Part shown: positions 8,535 to 19,002 of the stretch, piece by piece
Layout of the letters: each line of letters opens with the position of its first letter
How positions within the stretch are numbered: position 1 is the stretch's first letter
Origin: Candidatus Saccharimonadota bacterium
GTDB lineage: Bacteria > Patescibacteriota > Saccharimonadia > Saccharimonadales > UBA4665
Direction: 5' to 3'
Assembly: GCA_027345405.1 (NCBI GenBank)
Contig: DAHWID010000001.1
Location: forward strand, 3,897-67,896
DNA: 64,000 bases
The notes under the pieces: model-generated
What the model saw: the letters and a program-made list of their open reading frames with translations, nothing else
What the model was told of the DNA's origin: nothing
Database searches by the model: none
Made by a program: the position numbers and the translations under genes

Positions 8535-11438
8535 ATGAAGTTTAAGCGAAACAGTCGGCGCACACCAATTGAGTACGAGAAGGATCTGGTTCAATATTGG
8601 AAAGAAAAGCGTATCTTTGAGCGTTCGGTTGAAGAACGACCTAAAGACAACACATTTGTATTTTACGACGGCCCGCCTTTTATTACCGGAGTCCCTCATC
8701 ACGGGACACTACTATCGAGTATGGTCAAAGACGCAGTGCCGCGTTACTGGACAATGAAGGGTAAACGAGTTGAAAGAGTCTGGGGTTGGGACTGTCATGG
8801 TTTACCGGCTGAAGTGTTTACCGAAAAGAAGCTCGGGATTAAAGATAAGCGGGATATTGGTACAAAAATTAGCCTTGAGGACTATATCCTGACTTGCCGA
8901 GAGAACATGGTAGTTACCGGTAATGAATGGGAATCCACGATTGAACGGATTGGCCGCTGGGTAGACTTTAAGGGTGCGTACCGGACGATGGACAAGTCAT
9001 ATATGGAGTCAGTCTGGTGGGCTTTTAAGAAACTGTATGAACTGGGCAAAATATATGAGGGAGAGAAGGTGCTGCTGTACTGTATCCGTGACGCTACACC
9101 TATCGCCAAAGCCGAGGTGGCTCAGGATAATTCATATCAAGATGATACCGATCCGTCGGTTTATGTAAAACTTAAACTTAAAGATATAAACGCGTCGTTA
9201 CTCGCTTGGACGACTACTCCCTGGACCTTGCCAGCCAACACTGCAGCTGCTGTGAATCCTGGGATTGATTACAGCGAGGTTGAACTAGACGGAGAGCGTT
9301 TTATTTTAGCCACCGAGCTGTTAGACAAAGCACTGACTGACGAAAAACACCGGGTGCTTAAGTATAAGAAAATCCGGCACTTTAGCGGATCAGAGTTAAT
9401 TGGTAAAAGTTATGAGCCGCTATTTGAAGATTTTGGCGATAATGCGCATAAGGTTTGGGGCGCAAATTACGTTAGTGTTGATGAAGGTACGGGGGTGGTT
9501 CATTTAGCTCCAGCTTATGGTGAAGAAGATTATGATTTAGCTAAGGCTAACCACATCCCGATCATTAGCAACGTTGATGACTATGGAATTTATGAAAGTG
9601 GACGTTTTAAGGGACAACAGGTTTGGGAAATAAACAAAGAAATTGCCAGACAGCTCCATAAAGAGGGTAAAGTCTGGAAAATCGAGTTTATAACTCACTC
9701 ATATCCGCATTGCCACCGTTGTGGCACCAAGCTGATTTACCGCGCTCACCCCAGTTGGTTTTTAAATGTAGCTGATCAGCGGGAAGAGATGCTCGAACTA
9801 AATAAGAATATTTATTGGTTTCCGCAGCACATCAAAAACGGTCGTTTTGCTAAAACTGTTGCCAGCGCACCGGATTGGAATATTTCCCGGGATCGTTTCT
9901 GGGCAACCGCCATGCCGGTTTGGAAGGGGATTGACGCTGATGGCACTGAGCATATAAAGGTAGTTGGCAGTTACCAGGAACTAAAAGAGTTATCCGGAAT
10001 TGAGTTGGAAGATTATCATCGTCCATGGATAGATGATGTTACTTTTGTAATCGACGGCGTTGAGTACAAACGGATTGATAAGGTGCTTGATTGCTGGTTT
10101 GAAAGTGGTAGCATGCCGTTTGCCCAGTTTCATTATCCTTTTGAGAATCGCGAGAAGTTCGAACACAATTTTCCAGGTGACTTTATTGCTGAATACGTCG
10201 GACAGGTCAGAGCGTGGTTTTATTATCTGCATACTTTAAGTACTGGACTATTTAATACCCATGCATTTAATAATGTCATAGTTACCGGGACGATAGCCGG
10301 AAACGACGGTCGCAAAATGAGTAAAAGCTATGGGAACTATACCGACCCGAACGAACTTATGGATCGGTATAGTGCCGATGCACTTAGATTTTTACTACTT
10401 TCTTCACCCTTGCTTAACGGTGAAGATTTCAATCTGATCGACAAAGACGTTGCTGATACGGCCCGTAAATTGGCAATGATCTGGAACGTTTATGACTTTT
10501 TTGCTTTGTATGCCGATGTCGATAATTGGGAGTGGCAATCAGACGATTTGTCTGTTCCTCAAGTTGAGCACATTCTAGATAGATGGATCATAGCTCGGTT
10601 GCATCAGCTAAACCGGTCAATCGATTCGCACATGCAAGCGTATGACCTACCCGGTGCCCTCAAAGATGTGCTGCCGTTTATAGATGATCTGTCCAACTGG
10701 TATGTCAGACGTTCACGTAAACGATTTTGGAAAAGTGAGAACGATACGGACAAAAATCAGGCTTATGCCTCACTGCACTATGTTCTTAGAGTACTGGCAA
10801 TCCTACTGGCACCATTCACGCCTTTCTTAAGTGAAGAACTCTACCGCTTGTTAACCGGAGAGATTAGTGTGCATCTTGTACCTTGGCCAGAACCAGGCAA
10901 TATTGATGATGATTTAATTTCGCAGATGGATTTTGTGCGACAAGTAATCAATGAAGGCTTAAGACAGCGAGCTGAGGCGGGGATCAAAGTCAGACAGCCA
11001 CTTGCTGCAGTCACGGTTTTATCTGATGGCAGCAAGCTTAGCAACGAACTAACGGTCATTATTGCCGAAGAGCTTAATGTTAAAGAGGTGCGTTTAGGGC
11101 CGGCTACGCCAAGTCAGCTACTAGCGGCCATGGATTTACGTATTACCCCGGAATTAAAGCGCGAAGGCATTGCTAGAGAAATAATAAGATATGTCCAAAA
11201 CGCACGCAAGAACGCGGGCCTTAATGTTGATGATAGAATCGATTTACAGCTTGGAGCTACCGGAAAAGAGGTTGAAGCAGCCTTTAACGACCCAAAACTG
11301 GCACAGCTTATCATGAGAGAAACTTTGGCGAAGACACTAAATGAACGCGAATTAACTGCTGCTTATGCAGAGGCAGTAAGTATTGAAGGCGAAGAACTAG
11401 GAATCAAGATTAAGGTAACACGAGAGGCTAAAAGTTAG
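8535..11438 (+). CDS. ileS: isoleucyl-tRNA synthetase
   Basis: 967 aa. It has a HIGH-type motif (PHHGTLL), KMSKS, GWDCHGLP and a CP1 editing insertion. Confidence 0.97.
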   Translation: MKFKRNSRRTPIEYEKDLVQYWKEKRIFERSVEERPKDNTFVFYDGPPFITGVPHHGTLLSSMVKDAVPRYWTMKGKRVERVWGWDCHGLPAEVFTEKKLGIKDKRDIGTKISLEDYILTCRENMVVTGNEWESTIERIGRWVDFKGAYRTMDKSYMESVWWAFKKLYELGKIYEGEKVLLYCIRDATPIAKAEVAQDNSYQDDTDPSVYVKLKLKDINASLLAWTTTPWTLPANTAAAVNPGIDYSEVELDGERFILATELLDKALTDEKHRVLKYKKIRHFSGSELIGKSYEPLFEDFGDNAHKVWGANYVSVDEGTGVVHLAPAYGEEDYDLAKANHIPIISNVDDYGIYESGRFKGQQVWEINKEIARQLHKEGKVWKIEFITHSYPHCHRCGTKLIYRAHPSWFLNVADQREEMLELNKNIYWFPQHIKNGRFAKTVASAPDWNISRDRFWATAMPVWKGIDADGTEHIKVVGSYQELKELSGIELEDYHRPWIDDVTFVIDGVEYKRIDKVLDCWFESGSMPFAQFHYPFENREKFEHNFPGDFIAEYVGQVRAWFYYLHTLSTGLFNTHAFNNVIVTGTIAGNDGRKMSKSYGNYTDPNELMDRYSADALRFLLLSSPLLNGEDFNLIDKDVADTARKLAMIWNVYDFFALYADVDNWEWQSDDLSVPQVEHILDRWIIARLHQLNRSIDSHMQAYDLPGALKDVLPFIDDLSNWYVRRSRKRFWKSENDTDKNQAYASLHYVLRVLAILLAPFTPFLSEELYRLLTGEISVHLVPWPEPGNIDDDLISQMDFVRQVINEGLRQRAEAGIKVRQPLAAVTVLSDGSKLSNELTVIIAEELNVKEVRLGPATPSQLLAAMDLRITPELKREGIAREIIRYVQNARKNAGLNVDDRIDLQLGATGKEVEAAFNDPKLAQLIMRETLAKTLNERELTAAYAEAVSIEGEELGIKIKVTREAKS

Positions 11439-11725
11439 AAGTTTATAGTTAATAACAACTATTGATTTAATTCCGACATCAACACTATTAACTAACAAAC
11501 TTATCAATGACTAAACCAAGGCTTATGTGTGCATCTAGAATTAGAATACGTCGGCATTAATTAAATCGTTTCATTTCCTCTAAGCCAGCTTACGAAGATG
11601 CCTTGGGTGTTAAGCGTGTTAGCTTATTTTTTATTGCATCCCAAAAAAACACGACTAGTAACCTTTAGCATGACTATTCTACGCAGAAAAGTGTTCATGA
11701 TTGAAAGCGAGTACCTGCACAATTT

Positions 11726-11755
11726 TTGACAGTTTACCTCCTTCTCTGTTAGAAT
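11726..11755 (+). promoter_or_regulatory. sigma70-type promoter for rplU
   Basis: TTGACA (11726-11731), an 18-nt spacer, then TGtTAGAAT (extended -10, hexamer 11750-11755). It sits about 36 nt upstream of the TTG start. Confidence 0.6.
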
Positions 11756-11791
11756 CAGTCGGTAACTTAAACTCCCAAGGAATAAAGAGCA

Positions 11792-12097
11792 TTGAAAAAA
11801 GCTGTCATTGCCACCGGATCAAAACAATACCTGGTTTCAGAGGGTGATGTATTAGACGTTGAGAGAATCAAAGCTGATAAAAAAGTAGACTTTGATCCTT
11901 TATTAATAATCGATGGGGACAAAGTTAAAATCGGTAAACCTGTCGTTGCTGAAGCTAAGGTGTCCGCGGATATTATTGAAGCGGACAAAATGAGTGAAAA
12001 GAAAACTTCAATCAGGTATAAAGCTAAAAAAAGAGTTCATACCGTTCATGGTCATCGTCAGCATCTTACGACAATACAGGTTACTAAGATCAACTAA
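11792..12097 (+). CDS. rplU: 50S ribosomal protein L21
   Basis: 101 aa with a TTG start. The N-terminus AVIATGSKQYLVSEGDVL and the basic C-terminus are typical of L21. Confidence 0.9.
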   Translation: MKKAVIATGSKQYLVSEGDVLDVERIKADKKVDFDPLLIIDGDKVKIGKPVVAEAKVSADIIEADKMSEKKTSIRYKAKKRVHTVHGHRQHLTTIQVTKIN

Positions 12098-12280
12098 CAT
12101 GCGTTTAGCTCAAGCTTTAAAGCTGGCTGTGGATAACTAGTCGCAGTAATTTTTGCTGTTGTAGGTAAAGCTACTAGAAAAATATACCACGTTGTTTTTA
12201 TGTAGACCGTTAACGCGTTTGCGATAGCTGAAATAAAGCTGAATTTAACAAAAAAACAACATTTAAGACCTTCCAAATTG

Positions 12281-12324
12281 CTTTTTTGAGTCTAAGTTTC
12301 GCATGCAAAAATTACTCAAAAAAG
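12281..12324. repeat. perfect 11-bp inverted repeat (CTTTTTTGAGT / ACTCAAAAAAG) with a 22-nt spacer
   Basis: Read directly from the sequence. The arms are AT-rich and the spacer contains a GCATGC palindrome. Function is unknown; it may be a weak bidirectional terminator or a protein-binding site. Confidence 0.6.
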
Positions 12325-12510
12325 TCTTGATTACCCTTTGGGCATAGTAGATACTAACTGCATAGGATTGGATGGTCCCTGGCCTTGGGAGACTCGACCG
12401 ATCCTAAACCAACAAAAATTGGTTAAACAACAAAACAAGCCTTATAAACAAATAAAAGGCGAAATTAAAACTCAACGCAAAGCGTCTTCAATCGGAGACG
12501 CACCAAACAC

Positions 12511-12557
12511 TTAAGGGGTGCAGATCTTAGCCAAAAGCGGAGAAATGCACCCCTTAA
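12511..12557. repeat. perfect 12-bp inverted repeat (TTAAGGGGTGCA / TGCACCCCTTAA) with a 23-nt loop
   Basis: Read directly from the sequence. It lies about 65 nt upstream of parA and is preceded by a 6-bp hairpin, GCGTCT..AGACGC (12482-12500). No U-tract follows. Confidence 0.6.
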
Positions 12558-12622
12558 TTAGTCTATGAGGATATATCAGCTTTAAGTAATTGATGATAAG
12601 CTTAAAGTAAAGCGTAAAGCCT

Positions 12623-13384
12623 ATGGGACACATAATAGCAGTACTAAATCAAAAAGGTGGCGTTGGTAAAACAACAACAGTGATAAATTTGGCCGCTTAT
12701 CTTAAGAAGCTGAATAAGACAGTCTTGGTTGTAGATATCGACCCACAAGGTAATGCAACCAGCGGTTTAGGGGTTAATAAACAGCTTCTAAGCATAACCA
12801 CTAAAGAGTTATTGGAAGGATCACATACTGTCGATAAGGCAGTCTTGCAAGTTAACGACAATATTCATCTAGTACCCACAAACCAGACTTTGGCCGCGCT
12901 AGAGATTGAGTTAGTGAATTCTAACGAAAGAGAGTTTCGCTTGAAACGGTCATTAGAACGTAGTAATTACGACTATATAATTATTGACTGCCCGCCATCG
13001 CTGTCGCTTTTGACAATTAATGCGTTGACTGCCGCTGATAGTATTTTAATTCCGGTACAAACTGAATACTATGCGCTAGAAGGGTTAAGCCAGCTTTTAG
13101 AGGTAGTTCAATTAGTAAGAAATGGTCTAAATCCTAATCTAGAATTGCTTGGTGTGCTTCTTACAATGTATGATAGTCGAACAATTCTTGCCGAACAAGT
13201 TAAAGCTGAGATTAACACGCATTTTGGGAATAAGGTTTTTGATACGGTCGTACCGCGGAATGTGCGGCTGGCCGAGGCACCGAGTTATGGTAAAACGATT
13301 AATAATTATGATAAATGGAGTAAGGGCGCGAGAGCGTATCGAGCGCTTGCTAAAGAAGTTCATCAGAGGGTGGTTTCAGGTTAA
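12623..13384 (+). CDS. parA: chromosome partitioning ATPase ParA/Soj
   Basis: 253 aa with the deviant Walker A KGGVGKTT, and DCPP. It is followed by parB. Confidence 0.92.
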   Translation: MGHIIAVLNQKGGVGKTTTVINLAAYLKKLNKTVLVVDIDPQGNATSGLGVNKQLLSITTKELLEGSHTVDKAVLQVNDNIHLVPTNQTLAALEIELVNSNEREFRLKRSLERSNYDYIIIDCPPSLSLLTINALTAADSILIPVQTEYYALEGLSQLLEVVQLVRNGLNPNLELLGVLLTMYDSRTILAEQVKAEINTHFGNKVFDTVVPRNVRLAEAPSYGKTINNYDKWSKGARAYRALAKEVHQRVVSG

Positions 13385-13424
13385 TACTATCTGTATAATG
13401 CCTGTGCTATAGTTAAGCTAGATT

Positions 13425-14288
13425 ATGGCAAAGCAACAAAAACACGGTTTAGGCAGCGGTCTGGACTCATTGATACCAAAAGAGGTCAATACTGCCCTAG
13501 TAGGAGAGACTTTAGAGAAAGTACATAAGATAGTGCTTGATGCGATTGAGCCCAACGAACATCAACCCCGTAGTCAGTTTGACGACAAAAGTTTAATCGA
13601 ATTAGCAGAATCAATCAAGCGCCATGGCGTTTTGCAGCCAATCGTGGTTTCACCTAAAGGTAACGCCAAGTACCAAATTGTAGCCGGTGAAAGACGCTGG
13701 CGAGCTTCTAAACTGGCACAGCAAAAAACCATACCGGCTATCGTTCGTACCACCAAGGAGCTGGAGCGGCTCGAGCTAGCAATGATTGAAAATGTACAAC
13801 GGGTAGATTTGTCGCCAATAGAGCAGGCGTTTGGCATTGAAAAGCTGCATCAACAATTCTCGATGACGTATGATGTAATTGCGAAACGTCTCGGCAAGGC
13901 TGTATCGACAGTGAACAATATTGCGAGACTGCTTCAATTGCCATCAGAAGCCATTGAAGCATTGAACACAAAAATTATATCAGAGGGTCATGCCCGAGCA
14001 ATATTGGCGTTAAAGGAATATCCAGAACATCAAAAGCAGCTTCTTAAAAACTGTGTAGGCGGTTGGAGCGTGCGCCAAGCAGAGCGTTATGTTAATTCAA
14101 TTAAAGCTGGTATCCAAGGCGAAAAAGAGGCTAAGGCGCGTGTTGCGATGGATACTCCTCAAACCCGGACGTTAGGTAAGAAATTGGGCACTAAAGTTCA
14201 AATTAGGCGAATGGCAAGCGGTGGCCGGTTAGAGATTACTTTCAAAAATGACGATCAGCTCAATGAACTAATTTCTAAAATTAGCTAA
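13425..14288 (+). CDS. parB: chromosome partitioning protein ParB/Spo0J
   Basis: 287 aa with the ParB box IVAGERRWRAS and an HTH region. It lies downstream of parA. Confidence 0.92.
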   Translation: MAKQQKHGLGSGLDSLIPKEVNTALVGETLEKVHKIVLDAIEPNEHQPRSQFDDKSLIELAESIKRHGVLQPIVVSPKGNAKYQIVAGERRWRASKLAQQKTIPAIVRTTKELERLELAMIENVQRVDLSPIEQAFGIEKLHQQFSMTYDVIAKRLGKAVSTVNNIARLLQLPSEAIEALNTKIISEGHARAILALKEYPEHQKQLLKNCVGGWSVRQAERYVNSIKAGIQGEKEAKARVAMDTPQTRTLGKKLGTKVQIRRMASGGRLEITFKNDDQLNELISKIS

Positions 14289-14923
14289 AAAGTTTCAGCT
14301 TTATTAATCGGCAAGAATCTTAACACCAGTTGGCCGATCAGCTGAGAGGTGTTAATCGGTCCGAAGCGTCGGGAGTCGCAAGATATTGGTCGGTTATCCC
14401 CGAGCACAAATAGCTGGTGAGAATTTAAATGGATTGATTCGTCAGGGGTAGTTGGTTGGATAAAATGCGTTTTATTGTAGGCAAGCTGGAGGTCGGGTTT
14501 AAAGCCGTGCGGATGGTGCGGACCATATATTGTAACCACGCCGTTATTTATAACCACCGTGTCGTCCGGTAGCCCGATTACTCTTTTTATAAGCTGCTTG
14601 CCGGTAGCCTGCCCACAAGCCGATAAGTTCGGCTGATTAAATACCACTATGCTGCCGCGTTTGGGAACCCATTGATGGCCAGTAATCATAGCCCACGTAC
14701 GCGGAACCTTCCAAATGATTAGTTTGTCATTATTTTGCAGAGTTGGCTCCATGCTTGGTCCGTCAACAGAGTACGATCGGAATATATAGCTGGTTATTAG
14801 AACCGCAAAGACAATCGCCAAAAAGATTACACCGATAATAGACACTATCTCTTTTCTACGGGAAGGCGGATGGGATGGATAGCGGGTTTCGTTTTGATTC
14901 TCTGGTTTGGTTAATTCTGCCAC
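14285..14923 (-). CDS. lepB: signal peptidase I
   Basis: 212 aa. It has an N-terminal TM segment and the motifs GPSMEPTL, KRVIGLPDD and GDNRPISCDSR. Confidence 0.9.
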   Translation of the reverse strand: MAELTKPENQNETRYPSHPPSRRKEIVSIIGVIFLAIVFAVLITSYIFRSYSVDGPSMEPTLQNNDKLIIWKVPRTWAMITGHQWVPKRGSIVVFNQPNLSACGQATGKQLIKRVIGLPDDTVVINNGVVTIYGPHHPHGFKPDLQLAYNKTHFIQPTTPDESIHLNSHQLFVLGDNRPISCDSRRFGPINTSQLIGQLVLRFLPINKAETF

Positions 14924-14989
14924 GATTTAACACTATAGCATGCCAAGCCGAAAGATTTGAAGTTGTTTGATGTAGTACTATAGGTTGGA

Positions 14990-15748
14990 ATGGATGATGT
15001 GTTGCGGCGACTCAAGCCGACGCGAGGGTTTTCCTCATTAGCTCATAACTCGTTACTGCTGGCATTGCCGCTGATTATTTTTGCATTAGTGCGCTTAAAC
15101 GAGAGCCAGTTTACGCAGCTTGCCATTGCTCTAGTGGTTTTAAGCAAGTGGCGTATGTTTGCAGTCCGACCTAGGTTTTGGCCGGCAAATATTCGGGCTA
15201 ATGCGGTTGATTTAATGGTTGGAATTTCAATTGTACTGTTTATGACACATTCAGGCAGCGCTTGGGTGCAATTTGGCTGGGCAATAGCATACGGTTTCTG
15301 GTTAATTTACTTAAAGCCAGCCACATCGAGTTTGATGATCTCTTTGCAGGCTGGGATCGGACAGTTATGTGGGTTAAGCGCACTCTATTTAGCCTGGGCT
15401 GGTGGCCCGCTATATGGATTAATGATCCTAACCGGTCTCATCTGCTATTTGGCAGCCCGTCATTTCTTTGATGCCTTTGACGAGAGTTACTCGCGCTTGC
15501 TTAGTTACTTGTGGGGCTACTTTAGCGCCGCATTAGTCTGGATACTCGGTCACTGGCTGCTATATTACGGTGTGTTTGCCCAACCGACAGTTATTTTAGC
15601 TGCTATAGGTTATGGGGTTGGCGCAGTCTATTACTGGGATCATTATGACAAGCTTTCTATCTCATTACGGCGACAGCTTATAGCGGTTATGCTCATAATT
15701 TTGCTGGTTGTCATAATTTTCTCAGATTGGGGCAGTAAAGTTGTTTAG
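14990..15748 (+). CDS. polytopic membrane protein, function unknown
   Basis: 252 aa with about 7 hydrophobic segments. I recognise no motif. Confidence 0.5.
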   Translation: MDDVLRRLKPTRGFSSLAHNSLLLALPLIIFALVRLNESQFTQLAIALVVLSKWRMFAVRPRFWPANIRANAVDLMVGISIVLFMTHSGSAWVQFGWAIAYGFWLIYLKPATSSLMISLQAGIGQLCGLSALYLAWAGGPLYGLMILTGLICYLAARHFFDAFDESYSRLLSYLWGYFSAALVWILGHWLLYYGVFAQPTVILAAIGYGVGAVYYWDHYDKLSISLRRQLIAVMLIILLVVIIFSDWGSKVV

Positions 15749-15777
15749 TCTTGATTTAAGTAAATTGGATATGACAT

Positions 15778-17061
15778 ATGCCAAAGAATAATGAACCGAA
15801 TAAGACTAAGTCGCGGCGCGACCCGCTGCCGAATAAGACAATTACGGTTACTTTGCCGAAGTTGCCAAAGATAAATCTAAAGAACTATATCAGTAGAACC
15901 CAAGCATTTTTTTTGGTTGCCGTGCTTATTGTTGGGGTTGGCGGAGGCTTTCTGGGCGGCTGGATTGAGTCTAAAAATTACAAGGGGCAGGTTTTAACAG
16001 CGACTACCAATGGCAGCCAGAAAATTGTGTTAAGCAACACTCAGCTGGATAGTGAAATTGCGAAGAATATCAGCCCGAGCGTGGTAAGTATAACGGCCAA
16101 TACAACTTCGCAAAGTTCTGACTTTTTTGGTTTTACTCAGCCGATTCAAACTGTATCAGAGGGGACGGGAATTATTATTTCCAGTAATGGATTAGTCCTA
16201 ACTAACCGCCATGTTGTACCGGCCGGTACTACGTCGGTCAGTATAACCTTAAGTAATGGTACACAACTAAATAACGTGTCGGTAGTAGGCCGCACTTCAA
16301 CTAGCGATACCTTGGACATTGCCATATTAAAAATTAATAACAGTGATGGAGTGAAACTAATACCAGCGGTATTAGGAAACTCGAGCCAGGTTCAGGTTGG
16401 CGATGCGGTAATTGCGGTAGGCAATGCGCTTGGTCAATTTCAAAATACGGTTACGAGCGGTATTATATCCGGCTTTGGACGTAATATTACGGCCGGCAGT
16501 AGTGGCGGAAACAATAATATTTTTGGTTTGACAAGCTCTAGCAGCGAGAACTTGACCGACATGTTCCAAACCGATGCGGCGATTAACGAAGGTAATTCCG
16601 GCGGACCGCTCGTTAACCTAAACGGTCAAGTGATTGGTATTAATACAGCAATTGCCAGTAATTCACAAAATATTGGTTTTGCGATACCTATTAATGAAGT
16701 TGAGGGCTTGATTAAAGAAGTTTTAGCAACGGGCAAGTTTAGGCGCCCGTTCCTTGGAGTGCGTTTTGAACTCTTAAATCCAACCTTAGCTAGTAAGTAT
16801 CACCTGAGTGTGAGTGCAGGTGCCTACATACCGCAAAATACCAGTTCCGGTCCGTCTATCATTCCTGGTAGTGCCGCAGCTAAAGCCGGGTTAAAACCGG
16901 GCGACGTAATCACAAAGGTAAATAATGTTAATGTAAACATGCAAAATGACCTAACACTCCTAATCGACCAATATATGCCCGGCACCAAAGTCAAGCTAAC
17001 AGTTGTTAGTGGATCACACACAAAAACAATTATTGCTAAGCTGGGTGGGATATCTACCTAG
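15778..17061 (+). CDS. HtrA/DegP-family serine protease with PDZ domain
   Basis: 427 aa. It has an N-terminal TM anchor, catalytic-triad contexts (TNRHVV, DIAILK, GNSGGPL) and a C-terminal PDZ-like region (GLKPGDVITKVN). Confidence 0.9.
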   Translation: MPKNNEPNKTKSRRDPLPNKTITVTLPKLPKINLKNYISRTQAFFLVAVLIVGVGGGFLGGWIESKNYKGQVLTATTNGSQKIVLSNTQLDSEIAKNISPSVVSITANTTSQSSDFFGFTQPIQTVSEGTGIIISSNGLVLTNRHVVPAGTTSVSITLSNGTQLNNVSVVGRTSTSDTLDIAILKINNSDGVKLIPAVLGNSSQVQVGDAVIAVGNALGQFQNTVTSGIISGFGRNITAGSSGGNNNIFGLTSSSSENLTDMFQTDAAINEGNSGGPLVNLNGQVIGINTAIASNSQNIGFAIPINEVEGLIKEVLATGKFRRPFLGVRFELLNPTLASKYHLSVSAGAYIPQNTSSGPSIIPGSAAAKAGLKPGDVITKVNNVNVNMQNDLTLLIDQYMPGTKVKLTVVSGSHTKTIIAKLGGIST

Positions 17062-17881
17062 CTAAATTAAAGACCAAGATAAAGTCATTAACTGCTTTAC
17101 AAATGTAGCTACTGTTTTTTGCTAACCGCTTTAAAGCTTGATGCTGTGGCGGCAGTGACTCAGTTAAAACCCAGATCGGCGGTGTTGCTAATCGAGTAAT
17201 CGCCGCAAACAACCCCCGGTATAAGTCTAAACCGTCAGGGCCGCCGAAAATTGCGCCAGCTGGTTCTCTTAAAGCCGGCGGATTGAGCTGCCAGTCGTCG
17301 GGAACATAGGGCAGATTAGCTAGGATTATGCAGTCTTCATCATTCCATATGGCATCAGGGAGTGGTTTAATTAAATCTCCTTTTAAAAGGTCGACGTTGA
17401 CCTTGTGCGCCTTTATATTTTGTCTAGCTACCGTAATTGCGCCTGATGAAATATCTATTGCTACAGCGTTAATAAAAGGCAACTCGAGCTTGGCGGTAAT
17501 GATTAGTGCTCCCGAACCAGTGCCAACATCTATAACCGTAGCTGTCTTGTGCCCAGAGTGGACTGTTTTTAATTCATCTATCATGGACTCACTTTCAGGA
17601 CGAGGTTCAAGAACCCGTTGGTCAATTTTAAATTCGCGTCCATAAAATTCACTTTTCCCTCGGACATATGCTAGCGGTAACTGTCCAGCTCGTTGCTTGA
17701 TCTGCCTTTTATATATTTGCAAAGAGCTGGCGTTTAATTGCAATAAAGGTTCGGCTAGCAGTTTGGCACGGTTAATGCCAGTTGTGTCTTCTAAAAGCAC
17801 CAGAGCATCTAGCCTGGCGGTAACGATACCATTAGATTCCAGTTGCTGCTGGCCCCATGCTAGCGCCTCGTTGTTGTTCAT
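17054..17881 (-). CDS. prmC: release-factor glutamine methyltransferase PrmC/HemK
   Basis: 275 aa with the SAM motif DVGTGSGA. Motif IV reads NLPY instead of the canonical NPPY. It lies immediately downstream of prfA. Confidence 0.85.
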   Translation of the reverse strand: MNNNEALAWGQQQLESNGIVTARLDALVLLEDTTGINRAKLLAEPLLQLNASSLQIYKRQIKQRAGQLPLAYVRGKSEFYGREFKIDQRVLEPRPESESMIDELKTVHSGHKTATVIDVGTGSGALIITAKLELPFINAVAIDISSGAITVARQNIKAHKVNVDLLKGDLIKPLPDAIWNDEDCIILANLPYVPDDWQLNPPALREPAGAIFGGPDGLDLYRGLFAAITRLATPPIWVLTESLPPQHQALKRLAKNSSYICKAVNDFILVFNLAR

Positions 17882-17884
17882 GGA

Positions 17885-18991
17885 TCAACTTTCCTGAGTG
17901 ATCAATTGGTGCTCAGCATTCTGCAGATGTTCGATTAAATCGTCAATTTGTCCATTTAAGGCACCGCTAATGTTACTGCGCGAATAATTGATCCGGTGGT
18001 CCGTAATCCTGTCTTGAGGAAAGTTATAGGTTCGAATTTTTTCGCTGCGGTCACCGCTGCCAATTAGAGCCCGGCGGGCATCAGAGAGTTGTTTTTGTTC
18101 GTCTTCAATCTTACGTTGCAACAGTCGGCTACGTAATACGCTCATGGCTTTTGCTCGATTTTTGATTTGCGACTTCTCATCTTGATTTGCTACAACCATA
18201 CCGGTTGGTAAGTGCGTAATGCGTACCGCAGAGTCAGTCGTATTAACGCTTTGTCCCCCATGGCCGCTGCTGCGGTAAACATCAATCTTTAGATCGTTAG
18301 GGTTAATCTCTATATCCGTTTCCTCAGCTTCCGGTAATACTGCGACAGTGGTGGTGGAAGTGTGGATACGGCCCTGGCTTTCGGTTACAGGAACGCGCTG
18401 GACACGGTGTACCCCGGCTTCAAATTTTAAATTTTTATAAGCGTTATTACCATGAACTGCAAACGTAATTTCTTTAAATCCACCAACTTCGTTCGGACTT
18501 TCACTAATCAGTTCTATTTTATAGCCATGGGCTTCGGCCCAGCGGCTGTACATTCTAAATAAATCGCCAGCAAACAGGCTCGACTCATCACCTCCGGCAG
18601 CTGCCCGGATTTCCATAATTACGTCACGGCTATCGTTTGGATCCTGCGTGGTGGTGGCCTGAGTAATTTTTTCCTTTATTGCCTTGAGCTTTGGTTCGAT
18701 TTGTGCAATTTCTTCTTCAGCCATGGCGCGTAGTTCGGTATCAGAATTGGATTTTAATTCAACTGCCTGGTCGAAAGATTTTTGAAGAGTTTCTAATTCG
18801 TCATAGAGCCCGATAATAATTGCTAATTCATTGCGTCGTTTGGCAAGCTCTGGGTAGGAACTGTCGCTATAAATACCTGGATCTGCCAGACGTTTATCCA
18901 ATTCACTTATTTCGGCCCTTAGGTCTACTTCACGTTGTTCCATAGAATTCATTTTACTCTTAATAGAGTTGCTGGCCTTTAAAGCCGTCAT
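17885..18991 (-). CDS. prfA: peptide chain release factor 1
   Basis: 368 aa with the PVT (PxT-type) recognition tripeptide and GGQSVN (GGQ). Confidence 0.95.
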   Translation of the reverse strand: MTALKASNSIKSKMNSMEQREVDLRAEISELDKRLADPGIYSDSSYPELAKRRNELAIIIGLYDELETLQKSFDQAVELKSNSDTELRAMAEEEIAQIEPKLKAIKEKITQATTTQDPNDSRDVIMEIRAAAGGDESSLFAGDLFRMYSRWAEAHGYKIELISESPNEVGGFKEITFAVHGNNAYKNLKFEAGVHRVQRVPVTESQGRIHTSTTTVAVLPEAEETDIEINPNDLKIDVYRSSGHGGQSVNTTDSAVRITHLPTGMVVANQDEKSQIKNRAKAMSVLRSRLLQRKIEDEQKQLSDARRALIGSGDRSEKIRTYNFPQDRITDHRINYSRSNISGALNGQIDDLIEHLQNAEHQLITQES

Positions 18992-19002
18992 CTAGCAACT
19001 AT

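Noticed and set aside
12128-12136. Perfect DnaA box (TTATCCACA on the minus strand), suggesting oriC near parAB.
   Set aside because: Only a single perfect 9-mer was found, and roughly one chance occurrence is expected in a window of this size on two strands. I saw no cluster of boxes, no dnaA or dnaN gene, and no marked AT-rich unwinding element.
12094-12276. 60-aa minus-strand ORF in the rplU-parA gap.
   Set aside because: It has no RBS and no recognisable features. It is short, and I treat the region as non-coding.
12623-14288. Looked for a parS site (TGTTTCACGTGAAACA-like) in and around parAB.
   Set aside because: I found no convincing match by eye, only unrelated GTTTCAC fragments. The search was manual, so it cannot be excluded.
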